A stretch of DNA of 64,000 nucleotides from Selaginella moellendorffii (taxonomy: Eukaryota; Plantae; Lycopodiophyta). The notes beneath the pieces were generated by a model, which did no database searches, was not told where the DNA came from, and saw only the letters and a program-made list of their open reading frames with translations. Shown here piece by piece: positions 51,831 through 64,000 of the stretch. The translations under genes were made by a program, and so were the position numbers. The DNA is taken from contig NW_003314361.1 of the NCBI RefSeq assembly GCF_000143415.4, positions 584,883 through 648,882 of the forward strand. The letters run 5' to 3'. Position 1 is the stretch's first letter, and each line of letters begins with the position of its first letter.

Positions 51831-52718
51831 TTAGAGCTGACAGATGAAAAACTAGCAGCTGGAAATAACGTGAGGCCACACGCCATTCACCACTGCATCA
51901 GATGTCTTGAGGCTGCATCCTAAGATGGCGTGAGGCTACACGCCATCTGTAACCGGACTACACTCGAGAGCCCAATCGATGCATGCCAATGTTGCTACTG
52001 AATGGCATGTGGCCTCATGCCATTTTCTACTTGGCCTAAAAGACTTACCATTTGAAGCCGAATGGAGGCGTGACAATCGAGGCCGGACTCGCTGGCGAAT
52101 GTGCACTGTGTGTGCAGCGGATCATAGTAGCAAGGCTACTCTGCCACTTACAGTTGGAGAGTGGCGCTGAAATCTCCCGGGACACCAAGTGGGCTGCGTG
52201 TGGGTGGCGGAGTGGGCGGCGAAGTTGGTGGCGAAGTTACAAACTGGGTGTGTCTTGAAGTGGACGCCGATGCACACGAGCGCGATGCAAGCGCGATGCG
52301 AGCGCGAGTGTGATGCAAGCGCGAGTGGACGCCGATGCACACGAGAAACCTGTAGAGAAGGTAGATGAGCGCGAATGTGAGCGTGATCGCGAGTGGGAGC
52401 GCGATGCGAGCGCGAGTACGATGCAAAACCTAACCTCACATGCGCGAAATGTCACGACAGTTGGTAATCCCGCCACGTCATCATTCCTCGGACTTGGGCG
52501 CCACCATTAATTTCTGGATCGCCGCGCGCATGCATGCACGTGAAATCCAAAAGAAATCCGCAACGTCATCATTCCTCAGACTGCATGCACGCGAAATCCA
52601 AAAGAAAGATCATGATTGGGATATCATTTAATACCCTCGCTATATTTATACCATGCATGATTGGATATTCCAAAGCATCTTGTATTTCCAAAAATGCCAG
52701 ATGTTCAGCTAAATAAAG

Positions 52719-54645
52719 AATGGTATACAATGTCCTTCTTGATGACCCTGCAAAAAAGCATCTCGATCGGACACCACATGAGACCACACGAGCCTTACAA
52801 TGTTTCAGGGGCATTTGCCATAGATTCGACCGTTATTTTGCTCCAAGATTCTACAGTTTGGTGTGCATTGACCTTTCCATTGACACTGCAAAGGGACATC
52901 ACAATCAGATACGGGATCACAAGAAACCAACTTCACTAACTCTGGTTTCACCAAGATCTACGTAAGGAGTTATGAAATGAAAGGACCCTCTCTATTGAAA
53001 TGTGTTTATGGTTCTGGGGGCATTGTGACATATCAAAGGATTTTGCATCAAGTTCTGTATTTGCATGTTTATCAAGCTACTGAATTGCTAAACCCTAAAC
53101 CCTAAACATGTGGCAAATGCTGTGTGAAGAAAGATGCCCTTTCTGGGCAAATGCTGTAAGAGGCAGATGCCGAGCAGTTACACGGCGAATAATCTTGGCG
53201 CGGATCGCTGACATGGCATGGCAAAGTTTGAATCACTGATATGGCACAGTTGGATCGAGGCAAGGACATGATGTGACAAAGTTCAACGTCCGACAGCAAA
53301 GTCTAGAAGCTACTCAGTTTGAAATTTGTCAGAGGAATTATAAGATCTGGTTTGTCAGAGGATTTGATGTGACGTTCAAGCGTGTGGGCTCATGCAATTT
53401 TGATCCCAAAAAATGCACCAAAAAATGCTCGGCGTCATCTAGCGTTATCTCTTGAATGGCGTGGGGCTACATGCCATTTTCAGGGGCACATAGGAGTATA
53501 TTCCTAGAATATTCTGACACGCGCGAGATTTTTTTGAGTTTTCTGGAGATCCAACCGTTAGATCGCAACTAGATTTTACAGAATGGTATACAATGTCTTT
53601 CTTGATGACCCTGCAAAAAAACATCTCGATCGGACACCACATGAGACCACACGAGCCTTACAATGTTTCAGGGGCATTTGCCATAGATCCGACCATTATT
53701 TTGCTCCAAGATTTTATAGTTTGGTGTGCATTGACCTTTCCATCGACACTGCAAAGGGACATCACAATCAGATGCGGGATCACAAGAAACTAACTTCACT
53801 AACTCTGGTCTCACCAAGATCTACGTAAGGAGTTATGAAATGAAAGGACCCTCTCTATTGAAATGTGTTTATTATCCTAGGGGCATTGTGATATATCAAA
53901 GGATTTTGCATTAAGTTCTGTATTTGCATGTTTATACTGAATTGCTAAACCCTAAACCCTAAACCCTAAACATGTGGCAAATGCTGCGTGAAGAAAGATG
54001 CCCTTTCTGGGCAAATGCTGTAAGAGGCAGATGCCGAGCAGATGTATCTCAGGCTAGCGAAGGGGACAAACGAAAGCTAGCTATAAACATGACGGGATGC
54101 AAATAGATTACTAGGCTGGTCCTGCGAAAATCAAAAACCATAATTGAAAACATTGAAAATGCAAAAAGAAAGGTTTATAATATTTTTGAATTTTAAGCAA
54201 CCAAAGGAATGTAAGTAGGGCATGTGTTTGTAAGTTTAAAAATGCCTCAACCACTTAAATTCCCAAGTAAATAAAGCTGTTTCTATTTTTGGTACAGGTA
54301 AACTTTATAGCGTGTGGGCTCATGCAATTTTGAACCCAAAAATGCACCAAAAAATGCTCGACTAGCATTATTCTTTGAATGGCGTGTGGCCTTATATTGC
54401 CATAAATGGACGTACACACACAGCATAATTATTCCTTTACACGGCGAATAATCTTGGCACGGATCGATGACATGGCATGGCAAAGTTCGAATCACTGACA
54501 TGGCACAACTGGATCGAGGCAAGGACATGATGTGACAAAGTTCAACCTCCGACAGCAAAGTCTAGAAGCTACTCAGTTTGAAATTTGTCAGAGGAATCAT
54601 AAGATCTGGTTTGTCAGAGGATTTGATGTGACGTTCAAGCGTGTG
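52719..54645. repeat. Rearranged direct duplications in the host element's divergent intergenic region, with CCCTAAA runs
   Basis: 52719-53180 matches 53582-54040; 53178-53385 matches 54417-54645; AAACCCT repeats at 53088 and 53946. Confidence 0.85.
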
Positions 54646-55265
54646 TTATTTTTGAATTCTCGAACTCATTTCTAGGTCTATCATTTTTGTGCGCCGTGTT
54701 CTTGGTTCCGCTGAGCGCAGTGAGCGCTGCTTGTGTAAGCGGCGTTGTGAGCTGTGGTTTATGCGTCTACGAGCGGTTGTGGCATTGCGAGCGCCATTGC
54801 GAGCGGCAGTTTATGCGAGTGGCAGTTTGTGCGAGCGGTGCTACGAGCAGTTGCGGTGTTGCGAGCGGCGCTACGAGTAGTTGCGGTGTTGCGAGCGGCA
54901 CTGTCTTTGGTGTGGCTACCGCTTCCTCTTGATATTCGGCACTTGTGCTTCTTGGTATGTTCACCATGGAATGGCTTAGGACCACATTTAGAAATGGCAT
55001 GAGGCCACATGCCATCTTGGGCCCTTGCAATTTCATGGCTAGCGTATTGTCATGTATGTTTTTACTTGCCTGCAGCTGTGTGTATATCAAGATGGCATGA
55101 GGCCTCATGCCAATTTTGTGAATGTGACATTTCACGTGGGTGTCAATAGCATGTTTGAATAATGGCATGTGGCCTCATGCTATTGAGGTTGTTTGGTATG
55201 TTATGATTTAGGCCATTCTCCAATCATTTTTTGTATGGTCTTAACTTCTTTTCTGCACTTTCAGA

Positions 55266-55988
55266 ATGGCCTCCACAAGTGCGACGCATGTTCCCTCCGT
55301 GGATCTTAAGAACCGTGCTACATGGATTCAGGCAAAGGTGTTGCTAAACAACCCCGAGGGGGAGGTGGTAGCTGAGGGCTTAGCCACAGTTGTCGATCCA
55401 AGAGATGCGGTTGCTAATCAAGAATTGGGTTGGGATGATATTGGAGTTGAGATTTTAGAGGTTTTTGACACAGAAGAAAACAGTCTGACTATTGGAAGCA
55501 TTGTGCGGTGGAAATTGAGGCACTTAGTGTTTGAGAATGTGAAGGATTCACAATCAAACACCACTACAACTGATGACAGAACATCTCTTCATGGGAAAAG
55601 AAAGTACACCTTCCTAAAGCGCAGCCAAAGGGATCTGAGCAACGAACCGAAAAGGCAGAAAATGGCGATGGAGGTTCGAATGGTCTCGATAGTTGCTTGT
55701 TGCAAGAGGAGGTGCTGTCAACATGCTGATTGGGATGCTATTGAAGAGGAGAGAGCAAGATACAAGACATTGTCCTGGAAAGCAGCTCGCAATTTTGTGT
55801 ATGAGGCATTACGGTCATCTGTTGATGCTTCAGAACATCAGGTGGGGGGCATGGTCTTCCAGAGGGGTTTGGTCTGCATGAAGGCATGCAAAATCATTTA
55901 TGGAGTCCCTCGAACCACATTCTACAGAATCAAAACTGAGTTCGAGGAACAAAGGGTTCAACAGGCAGTCCATGGGAATGACGGTTGA
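55266..55988 (+). pseudogene. N-terminal part of a transposase-like protein, truncated by retrotransposon sequence
   Basis: VVAEG...IVRW domain, CCKRRCC, VCMKACKIIYGVPRTTFYR, HGN; resembles N-termini of Sola1/DUF7869-type transposases (from memory, unverified). Confidence 0.55.
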
Positions 55989-58900
55989 TAGTGAAGCTAG
56001 TCTACTTGCACGAAGTAGCATTGTAATAACTTTGACTGGATTCTCAATAGTGATTCATTATGTTAAGCTTATGTTGGTACCTTGTTCCTTTAGGTTTGCC
56101 CATAAGGTGTTGGAAAATGGTTATAGCATTCATTTGCTATAGCTTGTCAGTAAAACCGTTAGCACTTGGAGTAGATTGTTGGATGGAGAAGGTGTGAGGT
56201 TGAGGCATAGCATTTGTGTTAGTGGAAGTGGCATTATTATTTCAAGTGATGAGGAATTCTCCTTAAAGCTTGATTTTCCATGTCATTTTTCTTGTTAGTG
56301 TTTTGGCTTCACATTGGATCCTGAAAGTGGTTGAAGAAGAGTGTTAGTGCAATGTAGATATCCGAAGATGTGGTCTTCGTGATCAAGCCTTGGATGTTTA
56401 CTTTGCATTTTGCGGATATCGGTGTTGGATGTCGAAAAATAGGCAAAAAATGTTTGATGTTTAAGCATGCTATTGGGTCATGAGAATTTGTGTTGAGGTG
56501 AACTTATGTGAAGTTGTTCGTAGGAGGAAGTTGGTTGAGTCTTGGAAGTTTGTATTTCTAGACTAAGAGTCATTCTTTCTCTAGGATGGAAATTTTCTAC
56601 AAATTTTCTTGGGCTTTTCCAATGGCTGATCTATTTATCACTTTGTCCGAAAACCTTTCCATTTTGTAAGCCAGTACAAACTAGTGAAGGGGTTGGAGTT
56701 GACTTAGATTAGCTTAGACCTTTAGTAGGTAGTTTGTATGATGTGACTCGAAAGGGATGCTAACTTTTGGGGCTAAGGCAATTGAGTTGGATAGAATCTG
56801 GAGTTGATGTAGAAAAGTGGCCGTTGCACTTTTCTAAGAAAGGTGACCTTTGTGCCTTTCTTTTGTAGTGTTATGTTTGGTGGCCGGTTGCACCCTGCAC
56901 TTTGTTAGACTCTATGAGAGTAGTGAGCTCTCACTGATCTTGGCTTGGTCTTGGTAACCTTGCGCCTTGGCTGAGGATGGTGATGTCCAACTTAGTTGTT
57001 TAAGTTTGAGATGTTGGTACCCGTACTATAGCTTTGTCTAAGTGGAGGTTGTGTACCAACATGAGTCCATCTCATAGTCTTCACTTAAGTTTTGACTTAG
57101 TGTTGATCATGTGTAGCTAGCCTCTTCAAGGCATGCTCAGAGCTATTGACTAGATACATTGGTGAGCTTATTATGGTTGAGTTGGATTCGAGTGGTCATC
57201 TAGTTCGTGCTTGTCCATGAACCAATATCTTGTACTTGGGGTGTTCTGTTCATGTTGGACAAATATATAACTCAATGGCATGAGTTTAGTGTTTGGGTCT
57301 TCTGAAGGCAAGTTGAAAGAGTGATTGTTAGTTGCTTTGCGACTAATGATTGCTTGTACACTTTGCTGAGGACTGTTAACACTTGCTTCACTCGATGATG
57401 ATTTGGCAAGTGATGGGTTTGCTTTACTAGATGGTGTTGCGGAGGATCGTGTCGTTAAATTTACATGGGTTTTCCATGTTGGCATATCGACCCTACCTTT
57501 GTTGATATCATTTGGTTATGTTTAGTTCATGGTGTTGGATTTCATGGAGTCTTGGATGTGGTAGTTCACTCCTTGAGGAAGTGTTATCTATAACTGAGTT
57601 TTGCTGAAGAATTGGTCTTGGATATTAAGTAAAGTATCTTCGACCTTGGTTAGCTTAGTTGTTAGAGAGTTTTGAGTGGTGATTCACTCTTGCTTTCTTT
57701 TAGTTTTGTTATGGTGTTAATGGCATTGAAGTGATGCCTTGTCATTGATATCATTGATGTTGAGATTCAAGTGAGATGAAATGTTTCTCCTTAGGTTTGA
57801 CATTGAGTTTCATTAGTCTTGATGAAGATAGTGTTGATGATTTGGTTATGGCTTTGTGTTATTGGCATTCGTGCATTTGCTAGTTAGCAACTATGTCGAC
57901 GTTCAAACGAACTGAGTGGCAAGTTTGAGTTAGTTATGTTCTAGATGAAATTATTTAGTAGGGGTTGAGCTTTGGCTTTTCCTTGAAAATTGATTCAGTC
58001 GTGAACTATGCTAACTTTACAAGTGGAAGAGTTAGTGATCAATATTGAAGTGATCAAATCTTTGTTGGATTTGAGTTGGGATATATTGATCCTTGATGAT
58101 TCTTCTTGTGCTTGTTATGAAGTGAGTTACGTCTTGATATAGATGGATTCATGGAGGATCGTTTGGTGATCACTTGTTGAGCATAACTTCGTTATGCTTA
58201 GCTTTTGGATTGATGTAGATATGCTCTTCATTAGCTTTGGCATTATAAAGTCTAGCTTATGGATGTGTTGAGGAAGATATTGTGGGTTGCACCATAATTT
58301 CTTCTTTGGCATTGAAGTTAGTTCATGTAAAGGCTTGTGATCATTATTAGGCAAGACTTGGTTACAGGCTTCTTCGAACTTTTGGTTCTTTGAGTTTTAT
58401 GCTCATTGTTCCATTTGTTAGGAGTTGTTGGGGAAGGCATTTTGGCTTGTTAGCTTCGATGTTGAAGTTGGCTCTTGCATCTAACAATCATTAGTGATGA
58501 TTGACTATCATCTAGGATAGTTGATTGTCTTTGTCGAAAGTTCTACTTGATTGTTGTTAATATAGGATGAGTTGCCATTCTTCAGGATGGTGGCTTCCTT
58601 CTTTGACGATGATTATGCATCTCTCTTTTGATGGGATGATTAATAATCTTTCATGATAGTTAGTTGTTCTCCTTGGTGGCTTATGGCTTTTCGCAATACC
58701 ACATGTTCTTTGTGGTTTGCTCTGGATTGGTTTCTTGGGTTTGAGATATCAATAGGATGTTGCTGACACTTGCTTGAGCAACTCGAGTTCCTTGGTATTG
58801 TTGACCGGGATCTATTCAGATTAGCTTCTGCAATAGTTGACATGAATGAATGGTTGTTAGTCTTACTACATTCATTATGTTCTGTTGATTATTATTCGAG

Positions 58901-60940
58901 TTAGTTCTGATAGATTTGGATGTTATTTCCTATGGGTGATACATTCGCGAGCCTTGTGCTTGTCAGTCAATGATGCTTTGTGTTCTTGGAGTTATCTTTG
59001 GTAAGTTGTTTGGCATACTATCTACTATCTTCAGTAGTTAAGATTTATCATTGAGTTTTCTTGCTGATACGTTGACTATTGAATTTTGTTGGATGGTCCA
59101 TCCTATGTTTCCAAAAATGATGATCTTGGTGGTTCCTATCCTATACTATAATGCTAGTTTATCGGATAATAACTTGCTTAGAATACTTTTGTATTTTACT
59201 CTAAGATATCACTGATAATTAAGCTTCTAAGATATCATTGTCTATGACTTTGATATTGTCCATCTATTAATCTTTGAGTTTGGGCCAGTATAGGCAGACT
59301 AGCTTCGGCACTTCGTGTGCATGGTGAAATCTCTAGTCATGGGGTAGCTACTGTCGACTAGTCACATAACCCTCTCTGTCGATGTTCCTTATTCCGTTAA
59401 AAAGGGCGTGACCGTGTAAACAACTCTAACTGCCTGTTTACAATAGTCTATCTAAACCTTACTGACGGGTTTGGTTTCTTTGCTCAGGAGGGTTGGGGCC
59501 TCTGGCTTCTCTCTCTATGTCTCTGCGGGCAGGGCATATCACACTTTTGTAAGCTGGATGACAACCAGAGCAGCAAGGGTGGCTAACTCCGTTGGTCATT
59601 TCCTTGTCGGCGACGGCTGGAAGGTGTCTGAGCTGGTAGCGCATCTGCATTAGACAAAGAGGTTGCCTCCTAACTCATTTAAGTTGGTGCATTTCTCACA
59701 TAGTGTGAGTACCGTGAATTTTTTCTGGAGTTGTTTCCTTGGCGGTATTCTAGACTCGAGTATGCATTGACGAGGACATCGATCTTCCCTAGGGGGGGAG
59801 AGTGTCACGAATGTGACTTCGGGTATCGAAAGTTACCTGTCGACTAGTCCTTACGGACACTCTTACCTCACTGCCACGATGGCAGGAGGTCGGTATTGCT
59901 GGACCCGTTATCAGTCTCCGCCTAAGCTAGTTGAGAAACTGGTCTTCGCATGTGCACTTGACCAGATGAGCATAAGGACGGAATTCCTACGTGCTATTTG
60001 TCAAGCATACTTGACCTGGTTAGAGAAACTCATTCGTTGACTTGCACTTGCTAGTGTTGGGAACCCCCGCGATATTGAGCTTGGTCCCTTAATATCGCTA
60101 GATGATAGCTTACCGTGTCTGCCAAACACCCTCGCTATCATGCCCTTTGTGTTAGTCTCATTTCGGTCCCAAATGCTATTTATGGAAATTGTCTAGATTT
60201 TCTCATTTGGCATATTTACGGAATGTAGAGGTCGGCCTGAACACAATGGTGTTTGTCCCGTGTCCAAATTCGCAATCTAGGGACATTCCATATTTAGTAA
60301 GTTTCAAACTTGTCCCAGAGACTAACTCCTGATACTAAGGGAGGCTTGGGGTGAAAGCCCAAAGCGTGTGTTCCTCAAGGGGGGGGGGGGCTATGGGGGG
60401 TTCCAAATGTATAGTAGGGATAGTGGGTAGGTCGGGCATGGCTGACCAACCTGAGGCATAGTCTAGCTCCCGCTTGCGTGCCTGTCCTCGTTCTGCGTCC
60501 GGCTTAGGTCTAAGCCCAAGTTCCATTCCATGCTAGTTGGTGGAGTACCCATGTACTCGCGTTAGGCCCCCGGTATGCCGAAATAGTGCCAGACTCCATT
60601 TGGCTCCGTTTTGCGTGCTGGTCCTGGCATTGGGATGTTGGTTGCTCTAGGACTGTTCCAAGTCGCTCCGGGCTCCTGTCCCTTCGCTCCTTGGGTTATA
60701 TGCTCGAGAGTTGCTCCATGGACCGATTCCGTCACTCCTTGGCTTCATGCTTGGGAGTTTGGCACCGTTCCTTTGTTCAGTGGCCCAAGGCCCTGAACCT
60801 TGGGTTCCTATGGACATGTGGCATGGACACGTGGCATGTGACACATGGCATCTGTCACGTGGCACAAAGAGGGTTTAGGTTCCGCTTCGTGGTGTTATCC
60901 TATGGTAAATCACCATAGGATAAAGGGTCAAAACCACGTG
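55985..60940. mobile_element. Nested, heavily decayed Gypsy-type LTR retrotransposon fragments
   Basis: Weak minus-strand pol remnants at 56000-59200; polypurine tract AGGGGGGGAGAG followed by TGTCACG at 59791-59809; GGGTGAAAGCCCAAAGC at 60349 shared with 31800 and 32363. Confidence 0.6.
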
Positions 60941-60999
60941 TGCTACAGTTGGCAACATGGAAATAGTTATTGGGGACTACTTTCAGCTTTCCAACAACG

Positions 61000-62142
61000 T
61001 GAGTTGAGAGTTTTCTATGTTCTATCGATAGATGTGAGGATTGGGAATGAACAATACTTTTGGCATCGACCTTGCATTCTTTGACTTGCCTGATGGGTGA
61101 CCGGACTATATTTCTCAAGCGGTGGATATAGCATCCAAGGTGTTGCAATATGAGGGCATTATGCTAGTCATTCTTCCCCATTCTTTATTTTGGGGAAGTC
61201 TTCTTGCAACAATGGCGGAGAATGATGACTCTAGATTGGTTGAGTTTGCATTAGGCTGCCTACTCGCAAACATCCCGGTCGAAACAAAAGGAGTAGGTGG
61301 CCAAATCCAAAAGGTTTGCATTTCCTTATTTTTCATATCTTAAATTGATTGCCTCTTTTCATTGTAGGTTTTAGCATGGAACTACCATGCTCTCTACTGC
61401 TACTCTTGCCATCACAGTATTACATGAGCTGATGAGCATGCAGGTTTGGCATTGCCAGGATATGATAGCTCAACAAATATCATCCCAAATGTCATTGACA
61501 AGGACCATCATATAGAGTTCCCTAGCTATCGACATCATTCACCAAAAGCCATGCAAATCCTCCTAGAGTTGTTTTGTCCTCCTAAGGGGATTGTGCTTGA
61601 TACTATAGCAGGTTTTGGTTCGATGGTGCTAGCGGCTAAAAAGACTGGTTGTGCAGTTTTTGCATTGGAGAAGGAAAGTGCATTTGAAGGTGTTCTTGGG
61701 ACATTTTATAACAGGTGATAATAAAGTATAAATTTCTCATTATAGTAATTCCATCATGGTTGTGTATATTAGGTGGATCGATGATGTGGGCTATAATTTA
61801 CCATATTATGCAGAAGCAATGGCACAAGCTCATATATAACAAGAGCATAATACTATATGAACTCCTCCTTTTGTGGATGTGGATGCCAAGGAAGTCTAAG
61901 TTTAGCTTTTTATTTTAGTCAAATTTTTTAGTGGTAATATAAAGTTTCTTCTTTAACTTATGATATTTATTTTTTTATTAGACTTATATTATTTAGCTTT
62001 TTCTTAGACTGAAAATATGTCTTAAGTTTTGAATAGAATTGTTGGTTCATCCCAAACCAATCATTTAAACATCAACTTTTGTATTTGGTGGATTATATTG
62101 ACTTTCATTGACTTAAGCTCAACTCAAAAACTACCCAGCCCC
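61000..62142 (+). mobile_element. Right-end remnant of a second, diverged copy of the same MULE family, with MTase-like exons
   Basis: IDLAFFDLPDG; LLELFCPPKGIVLDTIAGFGSM; ends GACTTTCATTGACTT...CTCAAAAACTACCCAGCCCC like 48871-48912. Confidence 0.88.
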
Positions 62143-63518
62143 ACAAGGCACATACAATGTAATGAATAGTAGTGAAAATGGACTCTAGACAGAAAAAATT
62201 GATGCTCAAAGATTTCCATGGCATGGAGAAGAAAGAAATTAGAGCATGATTGGCAAGAATTGGTGGAAATGCACAAATCTAGATGATAGGTAACTCTATT
62301 CTAGTCTTAAAAGCTCTCAAAAGCAAGATATTGCAAGAATAAATAAAATGAAGAGAATTCTCACCACACAAAGCTGCCATATTAAGTCATATTCACGCAC
62401 TAAAATAAAAATGTGTGCATATCATGGCTCCTAGTGAATTGGCCTCCAAGAAACCACTCCTGCAGGATAGGAGCAGATAAAAAAAATTGGTACAATCCCT
62501 CCTTAAGACTCAAGCTTAAAGTGAAGAAAGGTGTGCATAAAAAGAGGAATGAAAACTAGAAGAAAAATGGCAAGAACTCCATCATTCCTCTACCAAATCA
62601 TGAGTGCTTATACTTGTCAGAAAGAGGAGCCCAAAATCTATATGCTGAAAGAAAAAATGCCTTAAATGGATCAAAGAAGAGGGAGAAAATTCGACTGGTA
62701 ACTCATGTCATACACCATAGCTTCAATAATGTCTGAGAAAACTAAATTTTACTCAAACTCTCACAAATCTCTCCATAGGAGGAATTCCTATTTCTCTCTA
62801 CTTATTCCTCTCCAAGATCACTACTCCAAACCCTGTGGATCTTCCCTATTGATCAAAAAAATGCTTCATAAAGAAAAAAGATAGAAGTTATATCAGATTC
62901 ACCATGTTAAGGTGTGGCACCTCTATCCTCCTCTCTATAGCTTTGCTCAGTCCTAAGCTTTCTCTCTCCATAGCTCTAGCTCAAGATATATATTAACTTT
63001 TATACAACCACATAAAATATTTTGAGAATCAGAATATTCTATCTCTCTCTCAAGATGCCCATGGCTGCAACAATGCTTCTTGCTAAACCTCCATTTCTAA
63101 GGAGCTATTGTTCATCTAGGATTCACCACCAAGCATGTTATGTAATGCATTACCCCAAGCAATGAATGAAATTAACTAATGATTATTAGAGAGTTTTATA
63201 ATTTCAAAGGGATCATTGAAAAAAATTGCCATGGCCTCTGAATAAACAATAAAACCACTTTACAAAAATTTAGACCATGCATTTCATTTCAGTTTTTTAT
63301 TCATAAATAACTACTACTTTGAGCTCAATAAATCAAAAGCTTGCCAACTAGACTAACTTAAAAAAACTTTGCCATCTGGACAATATTTAGCACCCCAATG
63401 CAAAACTTTGCCATTTGGATAAGTCTTATTACAACAATATTTTTGTGACGGGCCTCCCTATTATGAGTTTAACAATTCCTTCACTTTAAAAACCAAGCTT
63501 TTACATTACTTAAAAAAT

Positions 63519-64000
63519 ATGAGGTTCTTATTAATGTGTTTGCTTCTTCTTCTGCTTAATAAATCTCAAGCTGATTTACCAATAGTTATCTTTGGTCCAT
63601 TTTATGATAATGGTGAAAGAGTTTTAACCCAATATCAAATGCAATTCTTATTTACAACACTAACCAATACAGTATTAAGATCTATATTACCTATTGATGG
63701 TGTGAGAAATCCATATACAAGCTCAGATTATAGTATTTTAATTCCCAATACTAATAAAATAGTTTTGATAACTCTTTATTTTCATGATGCTGGTATACAC
63801 TTCTATAATCCTGCCCCTGGGGTTGAACAAATTTACAATGATAGAGCTGTTGAAGCAATTATAGATGCCTTAAATTCTTTTCGAGATGATGCAATTAATA
63901 GAGGCTCTATGCAATTACTTTTTGGAATTGTATCTTTATTTGGAAGGTTTATTTTCCAGTATCAGGTTTTGAGAATTCCAGTTTCCCAACGCCCACAACC
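63519..64000 (+). CDS. Unknown, probably secreted protein; ORF open to the window end and absent from the ORF track
   Basis: 160 stop-free codons in AT-rich DNA starting MRFLLMCLLLLLLNKSQA-DLPIVIFGPFYDNGE (signal-peptide-like). Confidence 0.6.
   Translation, partial: MRFLLMCLLLLLLNKSQADLPIVIFGPFYDNGERVLTQYQMQFLFTTLTNTVLRSILPIDGVRNPYTSSDYSILIPNTNKIVLITLYFHDAGIHFYNPAPGVEQIYNDRAVEAIIDALNSFRDDAINRGSMQLLFGIVSLFGRFIFQYQVLRIPVSQRPQ

Larger units (their letters stand above)
36630..55988. mobile_element. Large host DNA transposon (termini not found), interrupted by the Mutator-like element and truncated on the right
   Basis: About 15 copies of a 22-bp palindrome span 36634-55183; divergent cargo gene (-) and transposase-like ORF (+). 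Confidence 0.6.

Noticed and set aside
53088-53970. Telomere or chromosome-fusion scar
   Set aside because: Only 2-3 CCCTAAA units, duplicated with their flanks; telo-box-like
62143-63400. Possible hAT-like remnant
   Set aside because: Only a WWK tripeptide; no ORF, TIR or TSD support

Overview
Compact land-plant nuclear DNA. The ~50-70 bp GT-AG introns, tight gene packing and 31-aa PPR repeats suggest a lycophyte such as Selaginella (inference). 1-19 kb is gene-dense: alpha-tubulin, a predicted mitochondrial protein ending in a group II intron maturase RT0-like domain, LHCA3, two tandem peroxisomal AAE17/18-like genes, PTC52, a PLS-class PPR, a BAHD acyltransferase and RPP30. 20-29 kb holds PPR and DEX1 pseudogenes around an intronless Crinkler/RHS-type NTPase-REase ORF. 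29-63 kb is a nested transposon island. Main find: a near-intact ~9.6-kb Mutator-like element (39294-48912; short TIRs, exact 9-bp TSD CTGTTTTGC, D-D-E retained) carries a divergent, intron-containing cargo gene with a ParB-like domain and a beta-class N4/N6 DNA methyltransferase-like domain. It is inserted into an exon of a second, apparently unrelated DNA transposon with its own divergent ParB-like + degenerate MTase + FCP1-like cargo gene. Each element carries its own palindrome family, suggesting a ParB/parS-like self-recognition module (hypothesis). All domain calls come from reading motifs by eye; no searches were run.
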